The position numbers and the translations under genes were made by a program. From Lepidodermella squamata (taxonomy: Eukaryota; Animalia; Gastrotricha), in NCBI GenBank assembly GCA_047495785.1, contig JBLDXI010000026.1, positions 1,364,001-1,428,000 of the forward strand: a DNA stretch of 64,000 nucleotides. The letters are read 5' to 3'. This document shows positions 63,148-64,000 of this stretch, piece by piece (positions within the stretch are counted from its first letter, which is position 1; each line of letters opens with the position of its first letter). The notes beneath the pieces are model-generated. The model made no database searches, was not told the origin of the DNA, and saw only the letters and a list, made by a program, of their open reading frames with translations.

Positions 63148-63701
63148 TTTCGAATGAAATTCAAGCTATAGTTGTATCTCATCATAAAGAAGTTTACCCG
63201 CTCAACTGCTACTATAAGACATTTAACTGTGCACTGCTAAAATTAGCATTTTGTATATGTGACCCGGCGCCGATTATCACAACCAGGTGCCTTAATAGGC
63301 ATCAGTCACGCGATTTCCCGGCTTTTCACACGCTTGACTCTGAAATTTGCAATCAGCTCCATCGACTGATATAGGTATGTAAAAATAGAAACGGGCTATT
63401 CAAAAGACGAAGCAAATTAAGATCATCATTGATTGCGTTTTACTTCAACCACCGTCGAATAACCTTTTTTTTAGTACTCAACATACAACGAAATTTCAGT
63501 AGGTATGTAAGAAGAACAACATTTTTTCGAGAAGACTTCAGCAATGACTTCACAGGCGCTGGCGAAGTTGGGCCGATAGATTGATAATATTAGTGATTAC
63601 TGACGTGAAATATCATGATATTCGCACTGGGACACAAGAAAATTCGCATCGAAAATAGTTAGATAAAAATTTGAAATTTGATAATTTAATAGTATAACAC
63701 G

Positions 63702-63870
63702 CTAGACAAAGAAAAGTGAGATGACGATGACGAGCAAAATCACGAGCACAAAAATTGCACACCACTGCCGACGGTCGCTGGAAAGACGGAGCACCTTTTG
63801 CGTCCTCGCTAACAACGTGTCGATTCGCCGCTGCGAGTGCTCCATATCTTGGCCCAAATCTTCGAGCATC
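63702..63870 (-). CDS. STX6: Syntaxin-6 last coding exon (SNARE C-terminal half + TM anchor); gene continues beyond the window
   Basis: Not in the ORF track. After the acceptor TTTTATCAG it reads MLEDLGQDMEHSQRRIDTLLARTQKVLRLSSDRRQWCAIFVLVILLVIVISLFFV*, matching the SDRRQWCAI signature of STX6/10. Confidence 0.9.
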
Positions 63871-64000
63871 CTGATAAAATAAATTCAAATTAAATACATT
63901 GAATGAATAGCTGTAATTGGTATTTAAGATCGTAAAAAGACCGTCAAAATGGGCTTAAAAGATTTAAAAAAATTCAATTTTTCAATTAAAATTAAAATTT

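Noticed and set aside
63613-63888. 91-aa ORF from the track
   Set aside because: Wrong frame; the overlapping frame encodes the syntaxin-6 C-terminus.

Overview
Eukaryotic (invertebrate animal) genomic DNA from a very compact genome: most introns are GT-AG and about 50-60 nt, and the presence of SPEF2 implies motile cilia. Left to right: furin-like convertase (-), two paralogous C-type lectin genes (-), a tightly packed same-strand cluster NAA30-TARDBP-URI1-OXA1L (-) with operon-like spacers, a non-coding multi-exon leader hosting two SNORD61-like C/D snoRNAs and a candidate H/ACA RNA ahead of NOMO (+), SPEF2 (+) with an X-box, a candidate microexon and a nested intronic ORF, an orphan gene (-), a TE-rich island (MITEs, LINE fragments, a DDD transposon, an intronless SOCS-box gene and an intronless Cys-loop receptor), FUBP/PSI (+), DNLZ (+), a complete Cav2-like calcium channel alpha1 gene (-) and the last exon of syntaxin-6 (-). 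The top finding is that the Cav2-like channel, once its tiny P-loop exons are spliced by hand, has selectivity filter E-K-D-E instead of E-E-E-E, which suggests a calcium-channel paralog converted to Na+/monovalent permeation. Other highlights are an element whose inverted repeats contain the 5' end of U2 snRNA and a nested ORF with two CtBP-binding motifs. All gene models were spliced by eye and no database searches were run.
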